From contig JAXGZJ010000001.1 of the NCBI GenBank assembly GCA_040771805.1, positions 1,113,287 to 1,177,286 on the forward strand: a DNA stretch of 64,000 bases, given 5' to 3'. Each line of letters begins with the position of its first letter. The first letter of the stretch is position 1. The notes under the pieces were generated by a model. That model ran no database searches. It was given only the letters and a program-made list of their open reading frames with translations, and had not been told where the DNA came from. The position numbers were made by a program, and so were the translations under genes. This document shows, in pieces, positions 28,415 through 37,864 of the stretch. This stretch comes from Methanofastidiosum sp. GTDB taxonomy: Archaea > Methanobacteriota_B > Thermococci > Methanofastidiosales > Methanofastidiosaceae.

Positions 28415-29644
28415 ATGTTCTTATTAAATTTTAGGATTACTTATCAAAATGCACCAGAACATGTCAGGGAAAAATTTTCCTTCTCAAAAAAGCAAAGAAA
28501 CAGTCTTATGAAGCAAATATGCTGTGAAACTAGTTCAAAAGGATGTGTTATCCTAAATACATGCAATAGAACGGAAATATATGCCGTTGCAGATCGGGGA
28601 GAATCTATAGAAAGTATTATTCTTCTCTTAAAAAAAATTAGTCCAGATGTTGAGAACTACTTAGAAGTATCAAGTGGAGATGAAGCAATAAGGCATTTAT
28701 TTAGAGTTGCATCTGGCTTGGAATCCCTTATTATTGGAGAAAATCAAATATTAGCTCAAGTGAAAAATAATTATTTTGAATGCAAGAATGAATGTTTAAC
28801 CGGTTCGCTATTAGATATCATTTTCAATCAAGCCATAAGAGTTGGAAAACTTGTAAGAACTAGTACAGATATATCTAAAGGCGGAGTTTCAATTGGAAGT
28901 GCTGCAGTCAAGCTAGCAGAAAAAATATTCGGTTCTTTAGTAGATAAAAAAATATTGATTGTTGGAGCTGGGGAGATGAGCTGCCTTATTGCAAAATCAT
29001 TATCCTCAAAGGGTGTTGAAGGTATTTATGTTTCAAATAGAAATTATGAGACCGCAAAAAATATAGCGAATACTATTGGAGGTCAGGCATTAAAATTTGA
29101 TTATTTGATGGACCATATCAAAGTTTCGGATTTAGTAATTACTGCAACTTCCGCCCCTCACACCATTATTCACACTAAAGATATTAAAGAAATAATCAAG
29201 GAACGAAAAAAGGACTTAGTTATTATTGATATCGCGATACCAAAAGATGTAGATCAATCAGTAGGGGATATTGATGGAGTATACCTTTACAACATCGATT
29301 CTCTTTCAGAAATAGCAAAAGAAAACATGGAACTAAGGAGAGAGGAATCGGAAAAGGCTTCAATAATAGTTGAAGAAGAGATAAAAAAACTTGAGAATAA
29401 TCTTAGGGGAATGTATGTAGAGCCCTATATTGCCGACGTGTGGTTAAAAGCAGAAAATATTCGAAAGACGGAGCTTGATAGAGCTTTAAAAATGCTTAAT
29501 CTAGATAATGAAAAAGAAATAATGATTATAGATGATTTAACAAGAGCAATTGTTTCTAAAGTCCTTCATAAACCAGTCAAAGATTTAAGAGAAAAAGTTT
29601 ACAATAACTTGGAGGCGGTAGAATATATCCAGAAGTCAGATTGA
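28415..29644 (+). CDS. hemA: glutamyl-tRNA reductase
   Basis: Active-site region [27 protein letters not shown], and NADPH motif VGAGEMS. Confidence 0.9.
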   Translation: MFLLNFRITYQNAPEHVREKFSFSKKQRNSLMKQICCETSSKGCVILNTCNRTEIYAVADRGESIESIILLLKKISPDVENYLEVSSGDEAIRHLFRVASGLESLIIGENQILAQVKNNYFECKNECLTGSLLDIIFNQAIRVGKLVRTSTDISKGGVSIGSAAVKLAEKIFGSLVDKKILIVGAGEMSCLIAKSLSSKGVEGIYVSNRNYETAKNIANTIGGQALKFDYLMDHIKVSDLVITATSAPHTIIHTKDIKEIIKERKKDLVIIDIAIPKDVDQSVGDIDGVYLYNIDSLSEIAKENMELRREESEKASIIVEEEIKKLENNLRGMYVEPYIADVWLKAENIRKTELDRALKMLNLDNEKEIMIIDDLTRAIVSKVLHKPVKDLREKVYNNLEAVEYIQKSD

Positions 29645-30579
29645 GAAGATTAAGAAAAAATGAGAAACTTAGGGAATTGCTTAGAGAACATAATGTAACT
29701 TCAAAAGATTTGATATATCCTATTTTTGTTCATGAAAAAAATAAAGTAGAAGAAATACAATCTATGCCTGGTCAATTTAGGTATCCTATTCCTGAACTAG
29801 TGGAGATAGCTAAAAAAGCAGAAGATCTTGGAATACCTGGCATCTTACTATTTGGCATGCCAGAAAAAAAAGATGAAGTAGGTAGCGAAGCATATAACGA
29901 AAATGGAGTTGTACAAAAAGCAATAAGAACTATAAAAGAGAATACTAATCTTTTAGTAATTACGGATATCTGTCTTTGTCAGTATACTTCACACGGGCAT
30001 TGTGGAGTAATTTGCGATGGTATTGTCAAAAATGAGGATACATTGAAATTATTGTCGAAAATTGCACTTTCTCACGCAAAAGCAGGTGCGGATGTAGTTG
30101 CTCCTTCAGATATGATGGATGGCAGGGTAAGTGCTATCAGGAGTGAATTAGATAAGAACTCTTTTGAAGATATCCTAATTATGTCTTATGCTGCAAAGTT
30201 CTTATCTTCCTTTTATGGACCGTTTAGAGAAGCTGCACATTCTGCCCCCACATTTGGAGATAGAAGGACTTATCAAATGAATCCTGCAAATGCACTAGAA
30301 GCTTTGAGAGAAGTTCAGCTTGATATACAAGAAGGCGCAGATATAGTTATGGTGAAACCTGCTCTAGCTTATCTTGATGTTATATTTAGGGTAAAAGAAA
30401 AATTTGAAATGCCTACTGCAGCGTATAACGTTAGTGGAGAATATTCAATGGTGAAAGCTGCATCCAAAATGGGTTGGATAGACGAAAAAAAAGTAATTGA
30501 TGAATTACTTTTAGCTATAAAACGTGCGGGAGCAGATTTTATTATATCCTATTTTGCATTGGACTACGCATCATTATGA
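29641..30579 (+). CDS. hemB: porphobilinogen synthase (delta-aminolevulinate dehydratase)
   Basis: [13 protein letters not shown]...LIYPIFV N-terminus, metal-site Cys cluster [14 protein letters not shown], active-site Lys region IVMVKPA. TTG start overlaps the hemA stop. Confidence 0.9.
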   Translation: MRRLRKNEKLRELLREHNVTSKDLIYPIFVHEKNKVEEIQSMPGQFRYPIPELVEIAKKAEDLGIPGILLFGMPEKKDEVGSEAYNENGVVQKAIRTIKENTNLLVITDICLCQYTSHGHCGVICDGIVKNEDTLKLLSKIALSHAKAGADVVAPSDMMDGRVSAIRSELDKNSFEDILIMSYAAKFLSSFYGPFREAAHSAPTFGDRRTYQMNPANALEALREVQLDIQEGADIVMVKPALAYLDVIFRVKEKFEMPTAAYNVSGEYSMVKAASKMGWIDEKKVIDELLLAIKRAGADFIISYFALDYASL

Positions 30580-31232
30580 ATAGCTTTGAAATTTATACTA
30601 TTTTGAAAGATCATTTTGGGGGAGTTGGCAGTTGGTGGCCTAAGGATAGTCCCTTTGAAGTGGTGATTGGAGCAATATTAACTCAGCAATCAACATGGAC
30701 CAATGTGGAAAAAGCAATAAAAAATCTCAAAGAAGAAAAAATTTTAACCCCAAGAGATATATCATACGTGCCTCTAAATAAATTAAAGTATTTGATCAAA
30801 CCAAGTGGATTCTTTAATCAAAAAGCAGAAAGATTAAAAGGAATATCCGAATATTTATTAAGAAATTATAATGGCGATATAAGTTTACTATTATCTAAAG
30901 ATAAAGTGGAACTTAGAGAAGAGCTTTTAAAATTAAAAGGTGTAGGAAAAGAAACTGCAGATAGCATTATTCTTTATGCTGCAGAGAAAAATGAATTTGT
31001 CGTTGATGCTTATACCAAAAGATTATACTCTAGATTAGGAAACGTTGAAGAGAAAATTGAATATGATGATTTGAAAAAGTATATTACAACAGAAATTCCT
31101 GAAGAATTAACAATATATCAAGAATTTCATGGGCTTATAGTTTTATTAGGAAAAAATCTATGTAAAAAAAAGAATCCAAAGTGTATAAATTGTCCGTTGG
31201 CCTCAAAATGCAGTTTCAACTTAAAATTATGA
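30576..31232 (+). CDS. endonuclease III-like HhH-GPD DNA glycosylase with [4Fe-4S] loop
   Basis: HhH element [19 protein letters not shown] plus C-terminal [17 protein letters not shown]. The ATG overlaps the hemB stop (ATGA). Confidence 0.7.
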   Translation: MNSFEIYTILKDHFGGVGSWWPKDSPFEVVIGAILTQQSTWTNVEKAIKNLKEEKILTPRDISYVPLNKLKYLIKPSGFFNQKAERLKGISEYLLRNYNGDISLLLSKDKVELREELLKLKGVGKETADSIILYAAEKNEFVVDAYTKRLYSRLGNVEEKIEYDDLKKYITTEIPEELTIYQEFHGLIVLLGKNLCKKKNPKCINCPLASKCSFNLKL

Positions 31233-31236
31233 TTAG

Positions 31237-32397
31237 CTATTTTTTAAAAAATTTTTTATATATACTTTTTGCACTTTCAGAAAATCTTTTTGCTTCATCT
31301 ACCCTTCCAATTGAATCGTACATCTCAGCTAAATTTAATAATGCTAATGCAACATCTGGACTTGAAGTGCCAAATGTTTTTTCCAATACTAAAAGTCCCT
31401 TTATAAAATAAAGTTCCGCTTCTTTGTATCTTTCCCTTGCCCTATATAAACCAGCAACATTATTCAAATAGGTTACTAAGGACGGATGCATTTTTCCTAA
31501 AGTATTTTCAGATATTTCAATAGCCGCTTTGAAGTACTGTTCTGCATCTTCATATTGCCCCATTCCTTCTTTAACCAATGCAATATTATTATATGTCATT
31601 GCATTATAGTGATGATTTTGACCATATACCTTCTCATCGATTTTAAGTACTTCTCTATAAAGTTTTTCAGCTTCAACATAACTTCCTTTAAGATAATAAA
31701 TTCCCGCTATATTGTTTATTGCTGTGGCAATGTCTGGATGATCTGGGCCATAAGTTGTTTTCCATATTTCAAAAGATTTTTTATACAACTTTAATGCTTC
31801 ATCATATTGGCCTTTAATTTTAATTACTTCTGCAAGATTGTTAAAAGTTGATCCAATGTCTGATCTTTTATTATTTTTTGTTTTTTCAAATATCTTAATA
31901 GCTTTCTTATAAAGAGATTCTGATTCTTCGTACTTCTTCTCTAAGCGATAAAGATCAGCTAAATTATTATAACTTCTAGCAATTTCAACATGATTTTCTC
32001 CAAAGAATTTTCGCTTAATCTCTAAAGACTTTTCGTACAATGATTCAGCTTCCTTATATTTGCCCCTAGATACGTAAATACCTGCAAGATTATTCAAAGA
32101 GGTAGCAATGTTTGAATTATCTGAGTCAAATTGATTTTTCCATATTTTTAATGATTCAATTAACAGGCATTCTGCCTCTTCAAATTTTCCTTGAGCGTCA
32201 TATATCAATGAAAGATTGTTCATTGAAATAGCAATTTTATTGCTATCCTCACCATATACTTTTTTTGCAATGTTAATTGAAAGTTTTGCAAGCTCCAATG
32301 CCTCATTGTACTTACCTTCATTATAACATATGATTGCTTTATGTGTGGCGTTATCCCAGAGTGCATCAAAAGAACCATATTGATTTTTGGAAATCAC
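31237..32397 (-). CDS. tetratricopeptide-repeat protein (about nine 42-aa TPR units)
   Basis: Recurrent pattern ...A.S.NNLA.LY...G.Y.EAE.LY.K.L.I.... across 386 aa. Confidence 0.8.
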   Translation of the reverse strand: MISKNQYGSFDALWDNATHKAIICYNEGKYNEALELAKLSINIAKKVYGEDSNKIAISMNNLSLIYDAQGKFEEAECLLIESLKIWKNQFDSDNSNIATSLNNLAGIYVSRGKYKEAESLYEKSLEIKRKFFGENHVEIARSYNNLADLYRLEKKYEESESLYKKAIKIFEKTKNNKRSDIGSTFNNLAEVIKIKGQYDEALKLYKKSFEIWKTTYGPDHPDIATAINNIAGIYYLKGSYVEAEKLYREVLKIDEKVYGQNHHYNAMTYNNIALVKEGMGQYEDAEQYFKAAIEISENTLGKMHPSLVTYLNNVAGLYRARERYKEAELYFIKGLLVLEKTFGTSSPDVALALLNLAEMYDSIGRVDEAKRFSESAKSIYKKFFKK

Positions 32398-32424
32398 TTA
32401 ATTACCTCAATTATACAAATAAAT

Positions 32425-32775
32425 TCAACATGATTTATATTTTTCTATTGTATCTTTTAATTCATCAAATCTAATGGGTTTTCTTAAAACCTCTTTTGCT
32501 CCGGCTTCTAAAGCCTTAGAACCAATAGTGGAGCCATATGCTGTTATAGCAATAATCTTTGCTTTAGGGTCAAATTGTAAAATCTCTTTAATTGCATCAA
32601 TACCACTTTTATTTGGGAGCTTTAGATCCATAAGAACTACATCTGGATTATATTCCTTATAAAATGAAACTGCCGTTTCTCCATCTGAAGCTGTGAGCAG
32701 TGTGTCCTCTTGCAAAAACTCTTGATAGAAATCGGATAAATCCTTATAATCCTCAACTATTAAGATTTTAGGCAT
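32425..32775 (-). CDS. stand-alone response-regulator receiver protein (CheY-like)
   Basis: ILIVEDYKD, phospho-acceptor region DVVLMDLKLPNKSG, conserved ITAYG and K(P) motifs; 116 aa. Confidence 0.85.
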   Translation of the reverse strand: MPKILIVEDYKDLSDFYQEFLQEDTLLTASDGETAVSFYKEYNPDVVLMDLKLPNKSGIDAIKEILQFDPKAKIIAITAYGSTIGSKALEAGAKEVLRKPIRFDELKDTIEKYKSC

Positions 32776-32923
32776 AAAATCACGTTATTATCAAAATTCC
32801 AATTATGTTTTTGTTTTCTATATAAAAATCTTATTGCAAAAAACGATAGTTTTTTAATTGATCTTTAACTACTCGAATTGAAAATTATCATTCAACAAAA
32901 CCTTTAAAAGCTACTAAAACTAG

Positions 32924-32956
32924 ATTAAGTAACACATATAATCAATTAAGTAACAC
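32924..32956 (+). promoter_or_regulatory. twin ATTAAGTAACAC boxes (21-nt period) upstream of cfbA
   Basis: Perfect 12-mers at 32924-32935 and 32945-32956 bracket a CATATAAT element, 24 nt upstream of the cfbA ATG. Confidence 0.5.
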
Positions 32957-32979
32957 GACATATATTTGAGGTGTAATAA

Positions 32980-33363
32980 ATGAAAGGTGCAATATTAGTT
33001 GGACATGGAAGTAGGCTAAGTTATAACAAGGAGCTTCTAATAAAACTTTCAGAAATTTTTAAAGAATATTTCGATGGAAAAATAATTGAAATTGGATTCA
33101 TGGAAATGAATACCCCTAAAATAATGGATGCTGTAAGGAGTGCAGTTAAGAGGGGTGCTGATGAACTTTACATAGTTCCAGTATTCCTTGCTAAGGGCGT
33201 CCATACAACAGAAGATATCCCCAATGAAGTTGGTGGATTCCAAAACGGCAAAAGTACTATTGATGTAGATGGAAAGAAAGTTAAATTAGTATACTGTGAA
33301 CCGATTGGTCCTGATAGGAGAATAGCTGAAATACTTTGGGACAGAGTGCAGGAAAAATACTAA
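32980..33363 (+). CDS. cfbA: small CbiX-type sirohydrochlorin chelatase (nickelochelatase by context)
   Basis: 127 aa CbiX(S). GAILVGHGSRLSYNKE with the catalytic His region, and a second motif VPVFLAKGVHT. First gene of the cfb cluster. Confidence 0.75.
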   Translation: MKGAILVGHGSRLSYNKELLIKLSEIFKEYFDGKIIEIGFMEMNTPKIMDAVRSAVKRGADELYIVPVFLAKGVHTTEDIPNEVGGFQNGKSTIDVDGKKVKLVYCEPIGPDRRIAEILWDRVQEKY

Positions 33364-34637
33364 TGAACAAATACATTGTGCTTGATATAAATCATGGGGG
33401 AAACTATCTAGCTACAATTTTAAAGAATTGTGGTCACGAAGTACTTGTCTATGACATATATAAGAAAGGGGGAGAAATTAGACGGGAACTGGAAAATAAC
33501 AATATTAAAGTATTTGATTCTTTAGATGGGGTAGACTATACAGAATACATAGTAACATACCCCATACACTGCCCAGATTTTTTTCTTTCTTCTTTTTCTA
33601 AAAATGAGAAACTAACTCACCATGAATTAATTAAATATCACTTTAAAAATAGAAAAAATGTTATTGAAATAACGGGATCAAAAGGGAAAACTACCACTGC
33701 GCATTTATTGGCATTTCTTCTATCATTTGAAGAGGACATATTGTTAAACTCCTCAGCAGGATTTGAAAAGTTTCAAAAAGGTATCCCAGATAAAATTTTC
33801 TCAAATAATTCCATATCTGCCGGGTACACAGCGAAACTATTATCTGAATATTATAATGAGCACTTGATTCTAGAGGAAAGTTTAGGTGTGTGTGGTATAT
33901 CCGATATATCTATTTTAACAAGTACATGCCCTATTTACCCAATTAAAGGAGGGAAATCCACATCTCTTGAAGCTAAAAAGCAGCTTTTTGAATTATCAGA
34001 TAGGGCAATAATAATTGATTCAAAAGATAAAATTGCAAACGAACTCGCAAACAATTATAACAAAGAAACATTCCGAATTTGGGAGGATATTAAAATCGAT
34101 TTGCCAGACCATTTAGAAATCGGAAATGATATTAATTCTACTATTTATTCTGAAAACTTAGAGATTAAATCAAAACTACATGGAAGCTATATAGCAGTAG
34201 GTTATTTGAATCCCATTTTATTTAGTATTATGGCATTAAAAATACTCAATAAAATTTCGCTAATTAAATCTAATTATCTTAATGATTTTAAAGGGGTCCA
34301 CAATAGATTATCTGTTATAAAAGAAACTAATCACACAAAAATTATTGATAAATCTGGAGGTTTTTCTGAAGATAGTTTGCGATACACTTTATCTCTTTTA
34401 AAGAAGAATTATGATATGTTCTATAAGAACATTAATTTAATTATTGATCTAACTAATACATCTCATTGCCAAAGAATAGATATATATTCTTTAGACAAGG
34501 TAGTCGGAGAATTTAGTAACGTTATTGATAATGCATTTTTAATAGGTGATTATGATTTTGAAACCTTTAAATACCTAAGAAACAGTGCTGAACTTAATAT
34601 ACATAATGGGGATCTTTTAATAGAGTGTGGTAAGTGA
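33363..34637 (+). CDS. cfbE: coenzyme F430 synthetase (Mur-ligase family)
   Basis: Mur-ligase P-loop ITGSKGKTTTAHLL. The ATG overlaps the cfbA stop (TAATG). Located between cfbA and the nifD/nifH-like genes. Confidence 0.75.
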   Translation: MNKYIVLDINHGGNYLATILKNCGHEVLVYDIYKKGGEIRRELENNNIKVFDSLDGVDYTEYIVTYPIHCPDFFLSSFSKNEKLTHHELIKYHFKNRKNVIEITGSKGKTTTAHLLAFLLSFEEDILLNSSAGFEKFQKGIPDKIFSNNSISAGYTAKLLSEYYNEHLILEESLGVCGISDISILTSTCPIYPIKGGKSTSLEAKKQLFELSDRAIIIDSKDKIANELANNYNKETFRIWEDIKIDLPDHLEIGNDINSTIYSENLEIKSKLHGSYIAVGYLNPILFSIMALKILNKISLIKSNYLNDFKGVHNRLSVIKETNHTKIIDKSGGFSEDSLRYTLSLLKKNYDMFYKNINLIIDLTNTSHCQRIDIYSLDKVVGEFSNVIDNAFLIGDYDFETFKYLRNSAELNIHNGDLLIECGK

Positions 34638-35715
34638 TAGTATGAATATTTTAACTCCTAGGCCTAATCCGATTGTTGCAGCTTTGTATACTTTAAGGGA
34701 TCTTGATGTTGATGTCGCAGTATTGCATGGCCCCTCAGGCTGTGGATTTCGAGCTGCAAGACTACTTGAAGAAGATGGAATGAAAGTGGTTACAACCTCA
34801 ATGTCTGAAGAAGATTTAATTTTTGGTGCAAGTGATAAACTAATTGAAGTGTTAAAAGAAGTTGATGATCTCTTTTCACCTAATCTGATAGGTGTAGTTG
34901 GATCATGTGTTAGCATGATAATTGGTGAAAATGTTAAAAAAGCTATAATCGATTCAGGATTAAGTGATAAAGCTTTTTTTATAGAAATTCATGGCTGTAT
35001 GGGGGCAAATACGAGAGGTGCAATAGAGACCTTAAAAGCTGCAAGAGATTTTGGCCTAATAGATGAAAGGGAGTTCAAAAGACAGGAAAAGATGCTCCTT
35101 CTTGCTACAGAAGTTGAGTTAAATAGGGGTATGGCAAAATTAAAATATACAAGACCTTCGAGAGGGGCAGATCTCAAAACTGTTGCAGAATATATCATTA
35201 ATCAACTTAAAGAAAATAAAAAAATTGCCGTCATTTTAAACGCAAAAAAAGAAACTGCATATCTTTTTGCGGACATACCTCTAGCAATAAATCTCGCTTC
35301 TAAAAAATATGGGGGTTCAGTTATTAACATAGCTAATCTTTCTACAGACATTGGATTGTCACGAATCAGGAGATATGCAAAAGACATTATCAATGATTTT
35401 GAATCTAATGGAATTTCAATCGATTATATTTCAGGCGGAGTTGACGAATATCCAATATCAGGAAAAAAAGCAATAGAATATCTAGAAAATAAAGAATTCG
35501 ATCTCCTTGTTGCAGTAGGGATACCCCAAGCATTGCCAACTATAAAAAAAGACTCCATTGCAGTAACAAATGGTCCAAGGGAAGTCCATCCTTTAGAAGA
35601 TGCTGGATATAAATATGTGACAGTTGAAATAGCTTCGCACTCGACAGTAATGGGCACAAGAGAAATTGTTCTCAGCGAACTTGGCGAAGTAATAAGAAAT
35701 ATTGCGGGGATTTGA
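34627..35715 (+). CDS. cfbD: Ni-sirohydrochlorin a,c-diamide reductive cyclase, NifD/BchN-like component
   Basis: Nitrogenase component-1-like N-terminus AALYTLRDLDVDVAVLHGPSGCG; 362 aa. The start is either GTG 34627 or the in-frame ATG 34642. Confidence 0.75.
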   Translation: MVSDSMNILTPRPNPIVAALYTLRDLDVDVAVLHGPSGCGFRAARLLEEDGMKVVTTSMSEEDLIFGASDKLIEVLKEVDDLFSPNLIGVVGSCVSMIIGENVKKAIIDSGLSDKAFFIEIHGCMGANTRGAIETLKAARDFGLIDEREFKRQEKMLLLATEVELNRGMAKLKYTRPSRGADLKTVAEYIINQLKENKKIAVILNAKKETAYLFADIPLAINLASKKYGGSVINIANLSTDIGLSRIRRYAKDIINDFESNGISIDYISGGVDEYPISGKKAIEYLENKEFDLLVAVGIPQALPTIKKDSIAVTNGPREVHPLEDAGYKYVTVEIASHSTVMGTREIVLSELGEVIRNIAGI

Positions 35716-36506
35716 TGAAACAAATTGCCATATATGGAAAAGGTGGGATAGGGAAGTCATCGATATCTTCAAATCTTTCTGTTAATTTGGCTTCAAATGG
35801 ACTTGAAGTTTTACTTGTTGGATGTGATCCAAAGAGTGATAGTGCAATTAATCTATTTGGGGGGAGAAGGATAGATACTGTACTAGATCTCTATAAAAAA
35901 GGTGTTACAGATCCAGACAAACTTGTTTTTGAAGGATTTAACGGAGTAAAGGCAGTAGAAGTTGGAGGCCCTGCGGCGGGAGTTGGATGTGCAGGCAGAG
36001 GTATATTAGTTGCTTTAAAAACACTCAACAAAGACTATTATCTTGAGAAAGGATTTGATGTTGTTATTTACGATGTTCCAGGGGATGTTGTTTGTGGAGG
36101 ATTTGCAGGCCCGGCTAGGGAAGGATATGCGGATGAAATATATATAGTTACAAGTGGGGAATATCTTTCAATTTATGCAGCAAACAATATTGTTAAAGGA
36201 TTATTTAACTTAAATGTAAAGTTAGGTGGAATAATAGGAAATATGAGAGGTATAACAAACGAAGTGGAGAAGATTGAACTCTATGCTAAAGAGATTGATT
36301 CAAGTTTGATAGGTGCAATCGAGAGAAATCATAAAATACATGAAAGTGAAATTGAAGGCAAAACGGTTCTTGAAAAATATCCAAATGACCCACTTAATCT
36401 GAAATTTAAGGACATTGGATCAAAAATACTGCAAAATAAAAAGGCTAAAGTTCCGACCCCAACAGTAGATGAGAAAATAAGGTCTATACTTGGAGGGGTT
36501 TATTGA
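35715..36506 (+). CDS. cfbC: Ni-sirohydrochlorin a,c-diamide reductive cyclase, NifH-like ATPase component
   Basis: IAIYGKGGIGKSS P-loop, cluster-ligand Cys region GVGCAGRG, switch II DVPGDVVCGGFA. The ATG overlaps the cfbD stop (TGATG). Confidence 0.85.
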   Translation: MKQIAIYGKGGIGKSSISSNLSVNLASNGLEVLLVGCDPKSDSAINLFGGRRIDTVLDLYKKGVTDPDKLVFEGFNGVKAVEVGGPAAGVGCAGRGILVALKTLNKDYYLEKGFDVVIYDVPGDVVCGGFAGPAREGYADEIYIVTSGEYLSIYAANNIVKGLFNLNVKLGGIIGNMRGITNEVEKIELYAKEIDSSLIGAIERNHKIHESEIEGKTVLEKYPNDPLNLKFKDIGSKILQNKKAKVPTPTVDEKIRSILGGVY

Positions 36507-37861
36507 ATATCCCTAGGGTCGTAATTGCTGGAACTGCCTCTGGAGTGGGTAAAACTTCAATTTCTTGCGGGATAATGAAGGCCCTATCTAAAAAGAATAA
36601 TGTTGCCCCATTTAAAGTCGGCCCTGACTTTATTGATCCCATTTATCATAGATTTGCAACGAATAACTTCTCAAGAAATTTGGATACTTTTTTTATGGAG
36701 AAAGATGCATTAATTGAAAATTTTTCCAGAGGGGCATCAAAAAAAGATATTGCAATTATAGAAGGGGTCAGGGGCCTCTATGAAGGAATCGACCCTATAG
36801 GGGAAATAGGGTCAACTTCACATGTTTCTAAATTGTTGGATTCCCCAGTTATCCTAGTCATGAATGCCCGTTCATTGACGAAAAGTGCTGCAGCCTATAT
36901 TAAGGGATTTCAAACTCTAGACCCTGATGTTAAAATAAGGGGCGTCATTCTAAATCAGGTTAGAGACGATACCCACCTTAAAAAACTACAAAAGGCAATT
37001 AAAGCTTTTACCGATATTGAAATTATTGGAAGCATTGAAAGAGGCGCAATATCTTTAACCTCAAGAAATCTCGGACTTGCACCTTTAATTGGAAAAGAAG
37101 ACAGAGAAGAAATAATGAAAGATCTTGGAGAGCAGATTAATGCTTCCCTTGATATTGATAAAATAAAAGAGATTGCCAAGGAAGCAACAGACTTGGAAAA
37201 AAGGGAAGGATTCTTATTTCAAGTTAATCATGAGCTAAAAAATAATGGCATCACTGTAGGTATCCCTTTTGATAAGGCATTTAGCTTTTACTATAGAGAA
37301 AATATCGAGGCTTTGGAAGAAAACGGTGCAAAAATTATATACTTTAAACCTACTGAAGGTGATGATTTGCCCGAGGCAGACTGTTATTATATTGGCGGGG
37401 GTTACCCTGAAATTTACGCAGAAATAGTTTCAAATAATATTGATTTTTTAAATAATTTAAAATCTGCTTCTAGAGAGTATAAACCAATATATGGAGAATG
37501 TGGCGGTCTAATGGTATTATCTAGGTATATAGAAGTTGAAAATACGAAATATCCTATGACAGGCATATTTGATGAGGGCACTGCAATGAAAAAAAGTAAG
37601 CAAGGTTTAAGCTATGTTATTGCTCAACCCACAGAGAAACATTTTTTTCTAAAGGATATAGTTAAGGGCCATGAGTTTCATTATTCTAAAATTGAGCCTT
37701 CACCTCAAAAAAAAGATTTTGCCTACAAGATTCTTAGGGGAAAAGGCATTAGTAACGGGATGGACGGTTTAATAAAAAATAAAACTATTGGGTCTTATCT
37801 GCACATACACATTGGTGGGGCACCTTCTTGGGCATCTTCATTCTTAGAAAATGTATACTAA
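36503..37861 (+). CDS. cfbB: Ni-sirohydrochlorin a,c-diamide synthase (CbiA/CobB family)
   Basis: N-terminal VVIAGTASGVGKTS P-loop. The C-terminal glutamine amidotransferase domain has YGECGGLM. TTG start overlaps the cfbC stop. Confidence 0.8.
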   Translation: MNIPRVVIAGTASGVGKTSISCGIMKALSKKNNVAPFKVGPDFIDPIYHRFATNNFSRNLDTFFMEKDALIENFSRGASKKDIAIIEGVRGLYEGIDPIGEIGSTSHVSKLLDSPVILVMNARSLTKSAAAYIKGFQTLDPDVKIRGVILNQVRDDTHLKKLQKAIKAFTDIEIIGSIERGAISLTSRNLGLAPLIGKEDREEIMKDLGEQINASLDIDKIKEIAKEATDLEKREGFLFQVNHELKNNGITVGIPFDKAFSFYYRENIEALEENGAKIIYFKPTEGDDLPEADCYYIGGGYPEIYAEIVSNNIDFLNNLKSASREYKPIYGECGGLMVLSRYIEVENTKYPMTGIFDEGTAMKKSKQGLSYVIAQPTEKHFFLKDIVKGHEFHYSKIEPSPQKKDFAYKILRGKGISNGMDGLIKNKTIGSYLHIHIGGAPSWASSFLENVY

Positions 37862-37864
37862 TAC

